Below are positions 52,136 to 64,000 of a stretch of 64,000 nt of DNA, piece by piece. Both the position numbers and the translations under genes were made by a program. Origin of the DNA: Eledone cirrhosa. Its lineage: Eukaryota. Every line of letters begins with the position of its first letter. The stretch's first letter is position 1. The notes under the pieces are model-generated. The model saw only the letters and a program-made list of their open reading frames with translations, was not told the DNA's origin and did no database searches. The stretch spans positions 99,696,001-99,760,000 of the forward strand of contig OZ024743.1 of the NCBI GenBank assembly GCA_964016885.1, in the 5' to 3' direction.

Positions 52136-52632
52136 GGTGGCTGCCAACTCGTTTTCGAGTACGGCCACTACTTTATATCCATGTAGGAGAACCCCTACCG
52201 AAGCGCTGAACGAGTGTGACTTTTTAGTTCAGCCAGCGACTTGAAAACTCTGGTACAAACACTACACTTGTGACAATTATTGACACATAGTGCTGGGCCC
52301 ATGGTACCATGTGAGGACAAGTGCAGAGAGATCTCCAGATATAAAGCAATGCCTGTGCCGTGAAGCTTTTATAGTGAGCAAAGGCACTGCACAAAGCCAG
52401 TCCCACTCTCTTAACCAAGATGATATTTACCAAAAAGAAGAACAAGTCAACATCATTGGATACCATCAGGGTTGCAGGTGTTATATCAGAGTTTTCCTTC
52501 TCCTAGAATTCTGCCTTGACAAAGGCTAAGGGGTCATCTCTCCCGGTGATTTTGGATGGCCATTGACTCTTAAGAGCTCCTTTGCCCTTTGACAGGTTTT
52601 GTTTTTAGTCCTGCAGGATGTCCAAAGTCACC
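52136..52632 (-). mobile_element. Repeat 'A' copy abutting the 5' end of the RTE
   Basis: Reverse complement of 1-446; 3' end runs into (TA)n. Confidence 0.88.
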
Positions 52633-55600
52633 CTCCTCACCAAGAAACCTTGCAACCGGAGGAAGATAGGAAGACGATACTTTGGTTCGTGGAAACGTTC
52701 ACTGGCAAAGAACGGGAAAAAACGAATAATACGTCATTAATAGGAGCGGTGAAAAACAATTACGCGCAAAGACAGAACCACGTTTATGGTATAAAAGAGG
52801 TCGTAGACTAATGTTCTCTTAGGTGGTGCATAGAGACGTTCTCTGGCAATGAACTAAAAAACGAAGATAATAAGTCATATGTGGAGCGTGGAGAACAATA
52901 GCACGCAAGGACAAAACCACGTAAATGGTATAGCAGAAGTGGTAGACTAAAATTCTAACTAGGAGACCAATTGAATCTCCGCTACAGAGTTAAGAACAAA
53001 GTAAATAAATACAAAACAGAAGTAATAGAAACAAATAAATAGTAAGACATCCTCTCTAGTGCTGATGGCACAAATAAAAGCACCCAGTCCATGCTGTAAA
53101 GTGGCGCTGGTGTTAGGAAGGGCATCCAACCAGTGTATCAATGCCAAAACGCTTATCAGCACAGCAACAAATAGGAACAACAACAAAATATGAAGACGTC
53201 GCATCAAGAGTTGCAACACTTAATGTTGGCACTCTCAGAGGTAGATCTGCTGATATAGCGGAGATGCTGGAGAGAAGGCATGTGGATGTGTGCTGCGTGC
53301 AAGAGGTGAGATGGAGAGGTGCCTCTGCGAGACTAGTCGAAGGCAAACGTCTTAGCTATAAGCTATTCTGGGTAGGTAAGGATGATGGGTTAGGGGGAGT
53401 AGGCATTTTCCTGGCTGAGAAATGGATCAATAAGACAATAGAGGTAGTTCGAGTTAGTAATCGAATAATTAAGCTTAGATTAGTTGTAGGCAGGAGACTA
53501 CTGACAATCATCTCTACCTATGCTCCCCAAGCAGGCCTAGGCAAAGATGAGAAAGACTGCTTTTACGAGTAACTTTTACAAACAACCGCAATGACAGAGG
53601 ACGGAGACATCGTTATGCTAGCAGGAGACTTCAATGGTCATGTTGGACAGCTCCAGGATGGTTACACTGGGGTACATGGTGGGCACGGTTACAGCTCAAG
53701 AAATGAAGAAGGAGTGAGACTTCTTGAATTTTGTGATGCGGGGTACATTGACTATTTGCAGCACAAAGTTCCAGAAACCTGCCAATCACCTAATAACCTA
53801 CAAATCTGGTGAGCACATAAGCCAGATTCACTTCTTACTAGTTAGGCAGCAGGACAGGCAGATAGTGTCTAATACCAAGGCATACCCTGGGGAAGAATGT
53901 ACCCCACAGCATAGGTTAGTCGTTAGTGATATCTCAGTAAGCAAGAGATGGAATGAGACATACAGGAAGGTGTGGAGAAGAAAGGTCTGGAAGCTAAAAG
54001 ACCTTTCACTGAAATACAAATTTAGGAAAGCCCTTCAAGCTGTATATGACGAAAAAGAAGACGATTTAGAGACGTATGACATAGATAATAACTGGAATTT
54101 CTTACGTGACAACTTGCTGCAGGCTACTGATGAAACTTGTGGCTGGAGCAGAGCTCCAACCAGACAGAGAGTGACCTAGTGGTGGAACACCACAGTAGAT
54201 AAGGCCATTAGAGTCAAAATACTAGCATGGAAGGCTTGGAAAAAGGGTGGGAGTAGGGAAGAATATACAGCCACTAAGAGAGAAGCTAGATGTCAGGTGT
54301 ACTTAGTACGCAGGGAGGCGGAGAGTAGGAGGTTTGCCAATGTTCTGCGATGGGAAGATCAGAGGCGTGCGGTGTTCCGCATTGCAAGGCAGTGTGTTAA
54401 TGCAATTCAGGATGTTGTTGGAGATAAATGTGTCCGGGATGATGTCGGTGTACTTAGTGTCACGAATGATTAGAAAAAGGAGGTTTGGAAATGTCATTAT
54501 GAGAGACTGATGAATGTGGAGAACGAATGGGAGAGAGAGAAATTACCCTTAGTAGATCCGACAGAGGGACCAGCTATTGAGATTGAAGAATATAGGGTCC
54601 AAGAGGCGATTAAGGAAATGAAAAATGGTAAGGCTGCTGGACCATCAGGAATAGTTGCTGAGATGCTGAAGGCATCAGGGGACGTAGGCACTAAACTGGT
54701 TGCACACATCATCAATCAGGCTATATATGGTGGTGTCATACCCAAAGACTGGTACAGCAGTATTCTCATAAATTGCTACAAAGGTAAAGGGGATGCTCTG
54801 GAGAGGAGCAATTATAGGGGTATAAAACTGATGGATCAGGTTATGAAAGTGGCAGGAAGGATATTAGCACAACTGATTAGAGAAAGGGTCAAACTAGATG
54901 AGATGCAGTTTGGTTTTGTGCCTGGGAAGAGTACAACAGATGTCCTCTTCTTGGTGAGACAATTGCAAGAGAGGTTCTTAGAGAAAAATAAGCCACTATA
55001 CTTAGCCTTTGTTGACCTAGAGAAGGCCTTTGATAGGGTACCCCAATCTGTTATCTGGTGGGCCCTAAGGAAGTTAGGTGTTGAGGAATAGCTTGTGAGG
55101 ACAGTGCAAACTTTGTACAGAGGTACTCTCAGTAAAGTCAGGGTAGGAATGGAGTTTAGTGAGGAATTCCAGATACAAGTAGGAGTACATCAAGGTTCAG
55201 TCCTCAGCCGCTCTTGTTCATTATAGTCCTCCAAGCCATAACAGAGGAGTTTAAGACTGGCTGTCCATGGGAACTTCTCTATGCTGACGATCTGGTTCTT
55301 ATAGCAGAATCAGTAGAGGAGCTAGAGAATAAATTCTGGCTATGGAAACAGCAGTTGGAAGCAAGAGGACTGAGAGTGAACCTAGCTAAGACAAAAGTGT
55401 TGATGAGTAGAAAAGAGGACAAAACTGTGATTCCATCAGGGAAATGGCCATGTTCGATATGCAGAAAAGGAACTGGCATAAATTCTATAAAATGCACACA
55501 ATGCAGATCCTGAGTACACAAGAGATGTAGTGGGATAGCAGGCAAACTAACAGGTAGGGAGAAATATGTATGCAGTAGATATACAGGGAAATTAGAAAGA

Positions 55601-56281
55601 AGTCGTCGCATTGATAGACACATTTTTCAAATGCAGGAGGGCGCTATAGAAGTGGTGGATAGCTTCCGGTACCTAGGAGATCAGATTAGCATGGGAGGAG
55701 GGTGTTCCGAGGCCATAGTATCTAGAATAAGGACGGGTTGGAAGAAGTTTAGGGAGCTGCTTCCTCTGCTGACGAAGAAGGGTTTCTCCCTGCGTACAAA
55801 AGGCCGGTTGTATGATGCCTGTGTGAGGAGCGTGATGCTGCATGGTAGTGAGACATGAGCAGCAACTGCAGAGGATATGCAACGGCTGGAGAGAAATGAG
55901 GCAAGCATGCTCCGTTGGATGTGCAGTCTAAATGTGCGTGAACGACCCAGCATAAATGTGTTGAGAGAGAAACTGTGTCTGAGAGGGATAGAATGTAGTG
56001 TACGGGAGAGAAGACTGAAGTGGTATGGACATGCGATGCGCATGGAGGATGACCGATGGGTGAGGAAGTGCCAGGAAATGCCAGTTGAAGGATGACGTGG
56101 TAGAGGTAGACCACGAAAAACATGGGCGAGGTGGTGAGAACAGACCTCAGATCATTGAAGCTCACAGTGGAGATGACGAAGGACCGTGACAAGTGGAGAG
56201 ATGCTGTGCTGAATAAGACCCGTCCCACCCTTGCAAGCAGGGAAAAGCGGACGTAAAATGATGATGATGATGATGATGATG

Positions 56282-56283
<2 letters not shown>
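52633..56283 (+). mobile_element. Near full-length RTE LINE (APE endonuclease + RT + PHD-like finger), inactivated by stops and frameshifts
   Basis: VATLNVGTL, VQEVRW, YAPQ, GDFNGHVG, QHRLVV; NYRGIKL, FVDLEKAFDRV, YADD; CSIC...CTQC..VHKRC; (GAT)n tail. Confidence 0.96.
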
Positions 56284-56313
<30 letters not shown>

Positions 56314-56751
56314 CTAATACTGGTTGATAGCAGTCACAGATCTTGCTGCCTTGTGGATGGTACAATAATATCTGTTCATAGAACAACTGTATCAACTTTA
56401 AATGCTGGTTGTTTGCAAATCTTTTCAGGTGTTGAAACCTGAATATTTTGGTCAGCATGAATGTTTGGGACAACCGCAATATTCTGGTCCAGGTCATTAG
56501 ATCTCTTAAGTATCTCAACTCTTTTTTTATTTAACCATAGGAATCTTTATATTTCTGTTGATCATTACCTGCCTGTCTGTTCTATAAGGATGAATCTTTC
56601 CTATGAATGAATCAATATGATGTCTTCTATAGCATGTTTCTCACCCACATGGCTTAGCCTATGTTGAGCAATTTTTAAAAAGCTTGATCAGAAAATTGTG
56701 TTGGCTTTTGGGCCTCTGCCATTAAATTGATCTAATTCTCAATATATACTG

Positions 56752-56787
<36 letters not shown>

Positions 56788-57699
56788 ATGGTAGTAGTAG
56801 TGATGAGAGGATAATTCAAGGTAACATAATTACTGTTGTGTCAGGTAAATTCATGGCAAATTGAATGCTAGGAACAGTTCAGTTTCCCACATGCAACAAA
56901 TAATTAGATTTCATACATGTGAGTTTGGCTATAGTCTGTAGCATGGAAAGAGATGGATACTGCAAGACTGATTTGCTTTTGAGGCATTATATGAAGTTAA
57001 AATCTTCAAAAGTGCTGTAATTGTGGGTAACAGAACATTTTCACTATTTTTAATAAGCCTCTTTGTAACTACTTTACAATAAAATAACTTTAAGCTAACA
57101 CATTACAAAGATATACAATCAGTCAACTGTGGGTCATTGTCCTGCTACAAGTCGTACCCCATCATCTTTAAAAATATATAAAATAACCCTAGACAGTGTA
57201 GTTCTTGGCATACAAAAAGAAAAACTGGTCATTACTCTATATATACTATTGTATTTTCACAGTAAAGGCTTTATCTCACATAATATCTCACATAATATCT
57301 CACATAACAAAGCTACAAGATTGTAATATTATTTATTTTGAGAACAATACCTTAACATCGGTATGAGCGACCAGTTATGACTAGTTTGAACAGAGAGAGG
57401 TGACAGAATTCTGGCTGGATATGGCTGGTTTAAATGCCAAAATGTTAAGGCTGATTTGAAGCTAAACAAAGACAATGGCTGTAGCAGCAGCAACAGAGGT
57501 TGATGTTCAATTTGAACATTCGTGGGTTGACATTTCCTTTTTCTTAACTCTGCATACCTCTACCAAGAAAATGTTTCAAAAATTCCGAAAGATTTTTTGA
57601 TAAACAAGCTATAAGTGTAACATACTTTTTAAAATAATAGGATTTGTAGCTGATAAAAATATATATTAAAAAAAAATCCAAATTAAATGCTGTACTTAC

Positions 57700-57759
57700 A
57701 ATCTTTTAAGTAGAACCAAAAGAAACCAAGATTTGATAATATCAAAGATATTTTCTTAC
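57700..57759 (-). other. Candidate 60-nt exon starting with GTAAG (ratchet/recursive splice site)
   Basis: ttttatttttgttttcttttgcag|GTAAGA ... ATT|gtaagt. Confidence 0.5.
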
Positions 57760-57974
57760 CTGCAAAAGAAAACAAAAATAAAATGTAATTAACTTTGATG
57801 AGAATTATTCAAATTATAATTACATGATATTTACATGTGATTAAACAACTTCGTTTGATGCTATTTAGCAATAATAATTATTTCTTATCTCATTTTAATA
57901 ACACTCATTGATGGTTACTTGGTCATGCTACCTTATAAGGAATTACTCTCCTTTTTCACTTACTACTTTTAGTA

Positions 57975-58180
57975 CTGCCTCTCTCTCTCTCTCCTCTACC
58001 TCCAACTACCTCTCTCTCTCTCCTCTACCTCCAACTACCTCTCTCTCTTTCTCCTCTACCTCCAACTACCTCTCTCTCTCTCTCTCTCCTCTACCTCCAA
58101 CTACCTCTCTCCCCTACCTCCAACTACCTCTCTCTCTCTCTACCTCCAACTACCTCTCTCCTCTACCTTCTACTCCAACA
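57975..58180. repeat. CT-rich minisatellite (CTCTACCTCCAACTAC + (CT)n)
   Basis: About seven recurring units. Confidence 0.85.
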
Positions 58181-58598
58181 GCTATGAGGTGGGGGTCTTT
58201 TCTGAACATATTTTCCTGTCAGCCCCCTCACAGTTTCTTACTACCTGCTCATGTATAAACCCCTTTATTTTCAACATAAGGGTATTGCCCTTCATATGAC
58301 AGGTAATGTTGGCAATATATGCCATAGTGGGTTATACTAGATATCACATAGGTACTATGATAACAATTTTATGTATATTGGTTACAAAAAACTGATTTAT
58401 TCTCCAAACAAAACAATTGCCTGTGGAATACTCAGCCAGTTTTATGTTAATTTCATGAGCAGGCTGTTGTTCATACAACTGGAACATTTGTCTGCAACAG
58501 AGGCCCCATACACTCCCGCATTTCTTCCTAACAATATTATCATTAAAGTCTCACAGTATTGTTATTGATAGTTAAACATTAGCATTGCTATTGATAAC

Positions 58599-58643
<45 letters not shown>

Positions 58644-61632
58644 ATTTTCTTGAATTATACTGTGTGTGTATGTGTATATATATATATATATAAATACATA
58701 GTTCAAGGAAACGACACAACAGAGGTACAAAACGTCTTATTAGTTTCACAGAAATGGAAAACATACTTGCATATATATTGCAAATAAATTAAGAAAGATA
58801 TTTTTTTATCTTTATTTAATAAATACGTATATTTTGAGAATTCATTTTGAAGAAGCACCGTGAAATTTGAATAAAATGAAATTCTAATTAGTGTAACTAT
58901 GCAACATTACCCCTAGCAGTAAAACTACATTCTCAATGTCACCCATCATATGGTGGGTGACACCCTAGTATAGATTAGTTTAAACATTAATTCATATTGA
59001 TGCCCTATTGATAACATGGCTACAATTTATATATTAGAATATAAACACAATTTATATATAAAATATATAAAAAAAGGGAAAACAATGGCTTCTGGTTGAG
59101 GCACAAATTGTGGGGAGGGGAAAGTTGATTAAATTGACCCCAAGATGGGGAGAAAACCTGCACCCCCAACAAAGTGCACTGCAATTTCTCTTTAATAATT
59201 TTCAAGGCAAGCCAACTCACTCACACCATTGTCACAGGTGATAGCATGGCTAAGACATTGGAATAACCCAGCACCCTGGCATAACCTGATATATTGGTAA
59301 GGTGAGCCACCAACAATTTGTATTTATATTCATATCACATCAATTTCATTTAGAAGATAACTCATGTTAGTATAGAAAACATATATAACAGCAATGTTAA
59401 TGATATAAGAACATACAAGAATTATCTCTCTAATCCAATGATATCATCAGTATTATCGTTTATGTCAACTTTGCCATGATGGGACATGGTTTACCTATTG
59501 ATACACAGTAACATTTATGGTAGAAGGGTTTTAATAAATTAGGAAAACATTAAAACTAAAGGTTTTTCCATCGTAGAACCAGGAGCAGTCTGAGGCAAGT
59601 TGATATCAAAAGGATTAAACAACCCTAGATTAACAATATTCTAATAAATTAAAGATATAGGCACAGGCTTTGCTGTGGGGCTGAGGAGTTTATTTCATAA
59701 GTAGATGCTTCTGGGTTCAGTTCTGTTACATGGTAGCTTGGTTGTCTTTTACTATAGGCTCAAGTCAACTAATGGCTTGTGACTGATATTTGCTAAGAGA
59801 AAGCAGATGTTAAACACTGATGATGATAGTGTGTGTGTGTCTCTGTGTATCTGTGTGTATCTGTATTTATGTGTGTATCTGTATTTATGCCCTGCAAATT
59901 AGTAGTTCGACAAAAAAGTGATAAATAAAATTAGCAGACTTGAAAAAATAAGTACTGAGGTTGATATGTTCAACTAAATCAAGGCAGTATCCCAGCAAAG
60001 CTGCAACCTAATGACTGAAGCCAGTAAAAGACTAAATAGGTTTGTAATTAAACATTTTCTTTTTCATGAAATAGTAACCTCATTATTCTTATTAAGAGCT
60101 GATAAACTTCTTTGGAAATTTTATATCATGCAGAGAAAAACCCAAATACTACTGTTTCAGGTTTTATTATTATCAAGTTTTCATTTTAATAACAATGCTA
60201 AAATAATCTAAAAATTCTCAGCTAAACCCAAAATAATACAGCCGTTCAGAAAACACTCAAAGCATATTTTTCCACAACACTAAACAAAGATTTTATCCAA
60301 ATATTAGCAACACTAAGCCAAACAAATACCTCCTTAACTGTTAATAATCAAGGAAAATATCTACAGGCTATGGAAACTAAACTAGTCTTTCCTATTATAA
60401 AAGAAAAATGCATTGAAATATTTATTCTCTTGAAAATTTGTTTGTCCATTTTATCATTGGGGGTGGGAGAGGGTGCTATTATAAGTTTGTTTCATTCATG
60501 GGGGTGAGGGAAGGAGTCTATTATAAGTTCGTCTATTTTATTCTTGGTGAGGGAAGTGGTAGGTTATATGTTTGTTTTAGTGTTTGTGAAGAAGTTTTGC
60601 CAACAGTTATCTACTTAGATGAATGATATTGACCATTTAATGGGATCTAATATGAAATAAAGTGTTCTTCTTGAATGTGTAGAGATTTATTGACATAGTT
60701 ATAAAATATTTCTAAATCAACTCCAATAAGATGCCCAGAGTTAAACAAGGTGAGTTTTTTTAGGGGGGAAGGGGGGGGGGGGGGGGGGGGGGGTTAAGCA
60801 CATGGAGATGTTTTTCTCAAGTAAGAGAATATCAGAATGTCAACATCAATGTTTTCTCGTGTGTTAGCAAGGATTGGACAAATTTGCAGTAAATTGCCCC
60901 TCATCTCAGTTCTAAACCTATATACATACATAGTTTAGTCAATAATAGCTAGCATTAATTTCTAATTTTGGTATGAGACCACAAAGCTGTCCATATTAAC
61001 CCCCCCCCCCCCCACTATCATACTTTATTATTATCCCTCTACTTCCCTCTCATTGACATTTCTCTGTCACCCTTTCCCAGCACAATGCTCTGTAATAAGT
61101 GTAAGGCCTCAATGTATACTTATTTAGTACCCCTTGTCATTAATCACTACTGCTAACTACTCTCTCCTAGTTCATATCTACTACTCTCACTATCACCCAT
61201 CTTTGTTCCTAACCAACACTCTCCCTTACTATGATACATCTTTACTGCCATACTATCATGTTACTAAAAATACTCTGAAAATGTGGAAATCCAGTAAATA
61301 AGTCTTTCTAGATGTTGGACAATCACTAAGATGAATAAACAATATAACTGTTTCTAATAGTCCCTTAGTCCCCAACTTGTACTTTGTAACCATAACCACT
61401 GCAGGATCTCCAAGATAGCAATCCAAAGAAAGAGCCACTGAAGGAAGTTTTACATGTTCCCTTGACCGGCTGGAAATACCAACTTGCCATTTTTTAACCT
61501 TCACAGTTTAGCATTCATGTGATTCTGGGTTTGAACCTTCCCTGGGAAGTATCTTCTATCCTTGGATCAGGTTGATCTAACCCTTGTGAGGGAAATTTTG
61601 TAGATTAGAAACTATGCAAAAGTCCATTAGAT

Positions 61633-61756
61633 GGACTATACCTGTGATAGGACTTTACCTGTGGTAGGACTATACCTGTGATAGAACTATACCTGTGATA
61701 TGACTATACCTATGATAAGACTATACCTGTGATAGGACTGTACCTGTTATGATAGG
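61633..61756. repeat. 17-bp minisatellite x7
   Basis: (GGACTATACCTGTGATA)n with substitutions. Confidence 0.9.
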
Positions 61757-63042
61757 TTTCATCTGTTGCAAGGTTTAAAACCAACACATGGTCCTTGAAT
61801 GTCTTTGGCAGAGTCTACTTTCACCCAGTCACATGGTTGAGGAGAACTCAATACCTGAATATTTTTCTTCCTATAACAGCAACTTATAAGTTGTGGTTTT
61901 CTCTTCCTTTCCCCACCAGTATAAGAAGCCCAGCAAGAGACGTTATGGCTGCTGTCTCTTCCTCATCTCATTAAGCTATATCATTTGGGTTTTTCTTTGC
62001 AAATTCAAACAGCCATTTTAGTAACATTATATGAGCAATATTCTTTTTAAGTTTCAGTTTTCTTGAGTATGATATGACTATATATTTAGTTCAGGCCTAT
62101 ACTTCATCATTATCAACATCATCTTACATTTATCTGCTTTCAATATTGTCATGAATTGAATGAGCATTACAGCCTAAGTCAGTTCTTATTTGGCTTTAAT
62201 GCCAGAGGACCACACTTTGCTCATATGTTATAGTTTTGTCATAGTTCCTATGGCTTAATGTACTTCCTAATACCAACCATTTTACAAAGTGTACTGGATG
62301 TATTTCATCATGACAGCAGCAATAATATTTCTCTGGAGTCAAGTTTAAGGGTGGTACTAGAAGAGAGGATATGATGAAGTCAAGCATAATGATTCCTTCC
62401 TAAACTAAGCTGACAGCAGTTCATACCATGATCAGAGAGAGATAATGACAAGCTGCAAATATAATGTCAACAATGAAAGCAACAGAGCTGTTTTCTTTCT
62501 CTTTTTCTTCTTTTAAACAACATATCATGATTTAAACTAAAAGAATTTAAACAAGTAACTTCAAAATTTTATTCAACTGATTTCTTAGAAGCAACAATTT
62601 ATTGGTTGGTGAGGTGGAGAAGAACATGAAAAATATCTCAACAAAGTGAGAAGCTTATGCAAATTGAATGCAACTTGTTATCCATATGATAGGAAACAAT
62701 TTATATTAGAACATTAAGAATAAAATAATAGCTTGCAGCAGATAACAATCTCGACAGTATCTGTGTTTAATTTTGAGGGGGTTTTCTTTTGTTTTTGTTT
62801 TGTTTATATATATATATATATATTTTTTTTTTTTATAGTTAAAAAAAAATATCACTTTACTTGCTTTTATGCTTTTTATTCAAATCATTTGAATTCTGTG
62901 TTTGAAAGTTTCTCTTTTGTTTTTTGTTAATATCCTATTATGGATTTTTCCATTAACTAAATATCTCCCATATCGCTTGCACAAATGCACATGTACTAAC
63001 CTAAATATTCATGTATGTGTGTACTTATATGTATATATGTAT

Positions 63043-63087
<45 letters not shown>

Positions 63088-63156
63088 CAAATATTATATA
63101 AATATATATATATACATACAAATATTATATAAATATATATATATACATACAAACAT

Positions 63157-63188
<32 letters not shown>

Positions 63189-63431
63189 CATACAAACATT
63201 ATATATATATATATATCAAGGAAGAGAGTGAGAGTAATATGTAGAAGAGAGAAGCAAACAGACTGATAGAGAAAAACACACACATACACACATACACACA
63301 CACACATACATACACATGCAAACCTACATACACACACACATACATACGTTCATACATACATATATACACATACACACACATACATATATTTACTCGTGTA
63401 TGCAACTACATCTATAAAGCAGAAAAAATCC

Positions 63432-63571
63432 GAGAGAGAGAGAGGGGGTAGAGAGAGGAGAGAGAGGAGGTGGAGGTAGAGAAAGAGAGAGAGAGAGAGG
63501 GGGGGAGGTAGAGAGAGAAAGAGATAGAGAGGGGAGGTAGAGAGAGATATATATATAGAGAGAGAGGGGAG

Positions 63572-63611
<40 letters not shown>

Positions 63612-63866
63612 GGTAGGTAGAGAGAGACGGGAGGTAGAGAGAGAGACAGAGAGAGATAGGGAGGCAGAGAGAGAGAGACAGAGAGAGATAGAGAGGGGAG
63701 AGAGAGATAGAGAGGGGAGAGAGGGGAGGTAGAGAGAGAGATAGAGAGATAGAGAGGGGAGAGAGGGGAGGTAGAGAGAGAGATAGAGAGGGGAGGTAGA
63801 AAGAGAGAGATAGAGAGAGATAGAGAGGGGAGGTAGAGAGATAGAGAGGAGAGGTAGAGAGAGAGA
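63432..63866. repeat. GA-rich polypurine tract
   Basis: (GA)n with GGGGAGGTA interruptions. Confidence 0.9.
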
Positions 63867-64000
63867 TGGTTCACATTTGTCAATTTTCTCTTATCAAAAT
63901 CATTTTTTTTCTTCTCAAACTTCCTTTCTACCAACATCACACACACATACATACACATATACACATACATACATAGACACATATACACACACACATATAC

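Noticed and set aside
60762-60793. Poly-G G-quadruplex (poly-C also at 19501-19540)
   Set aside because: Homopolymer with no functional context; length unreliable
61633-61756. Possible CRISPR-like array
   Set aside because: Contiguous 17-bp units without spacers in eukaryotic DNA: a minisatellite

Overview
AT-rich, microsatellite-saturated eukaryotic DNA, most consistent with an octopus/cephalopod genome (inferred from the (TA)n/(CA)n/(GAT)n load and the SINE/RTE repertoire). Almost all ORF-track entries are translated microsatellite. Real coding content is decayed transposons: a Penelope-like element (RT + Cys motif + GIY-YIG) with an inverted 3' arm, a near full-length RTE LINE with a PHD-like finger plus many RTE fragments, CR1 and L1/Tx1 fragments, a mariner, a non-autonomous Helitron, TTAA MITEs and several SINE families. 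The main unannotated signal is about ten intact-looking minimal type I hammerhead ribozyme cores in several short non-coding families. These sit in (TA)n as head-to-head fold-backs with staggered 3' ends. Two families (467-bp and ~434-bp tandem units) share a conserved helix + ATGCAAAT module upstream of the ribozyme and look like Penelope-mobilised retrozymes. Three minus-strand splice-signal sets, including an AG|GTAAG ratchet-like site, suggest the window lies in the introns of a long host gene. All alignments and folds were done by eye; boundaries are approximate.
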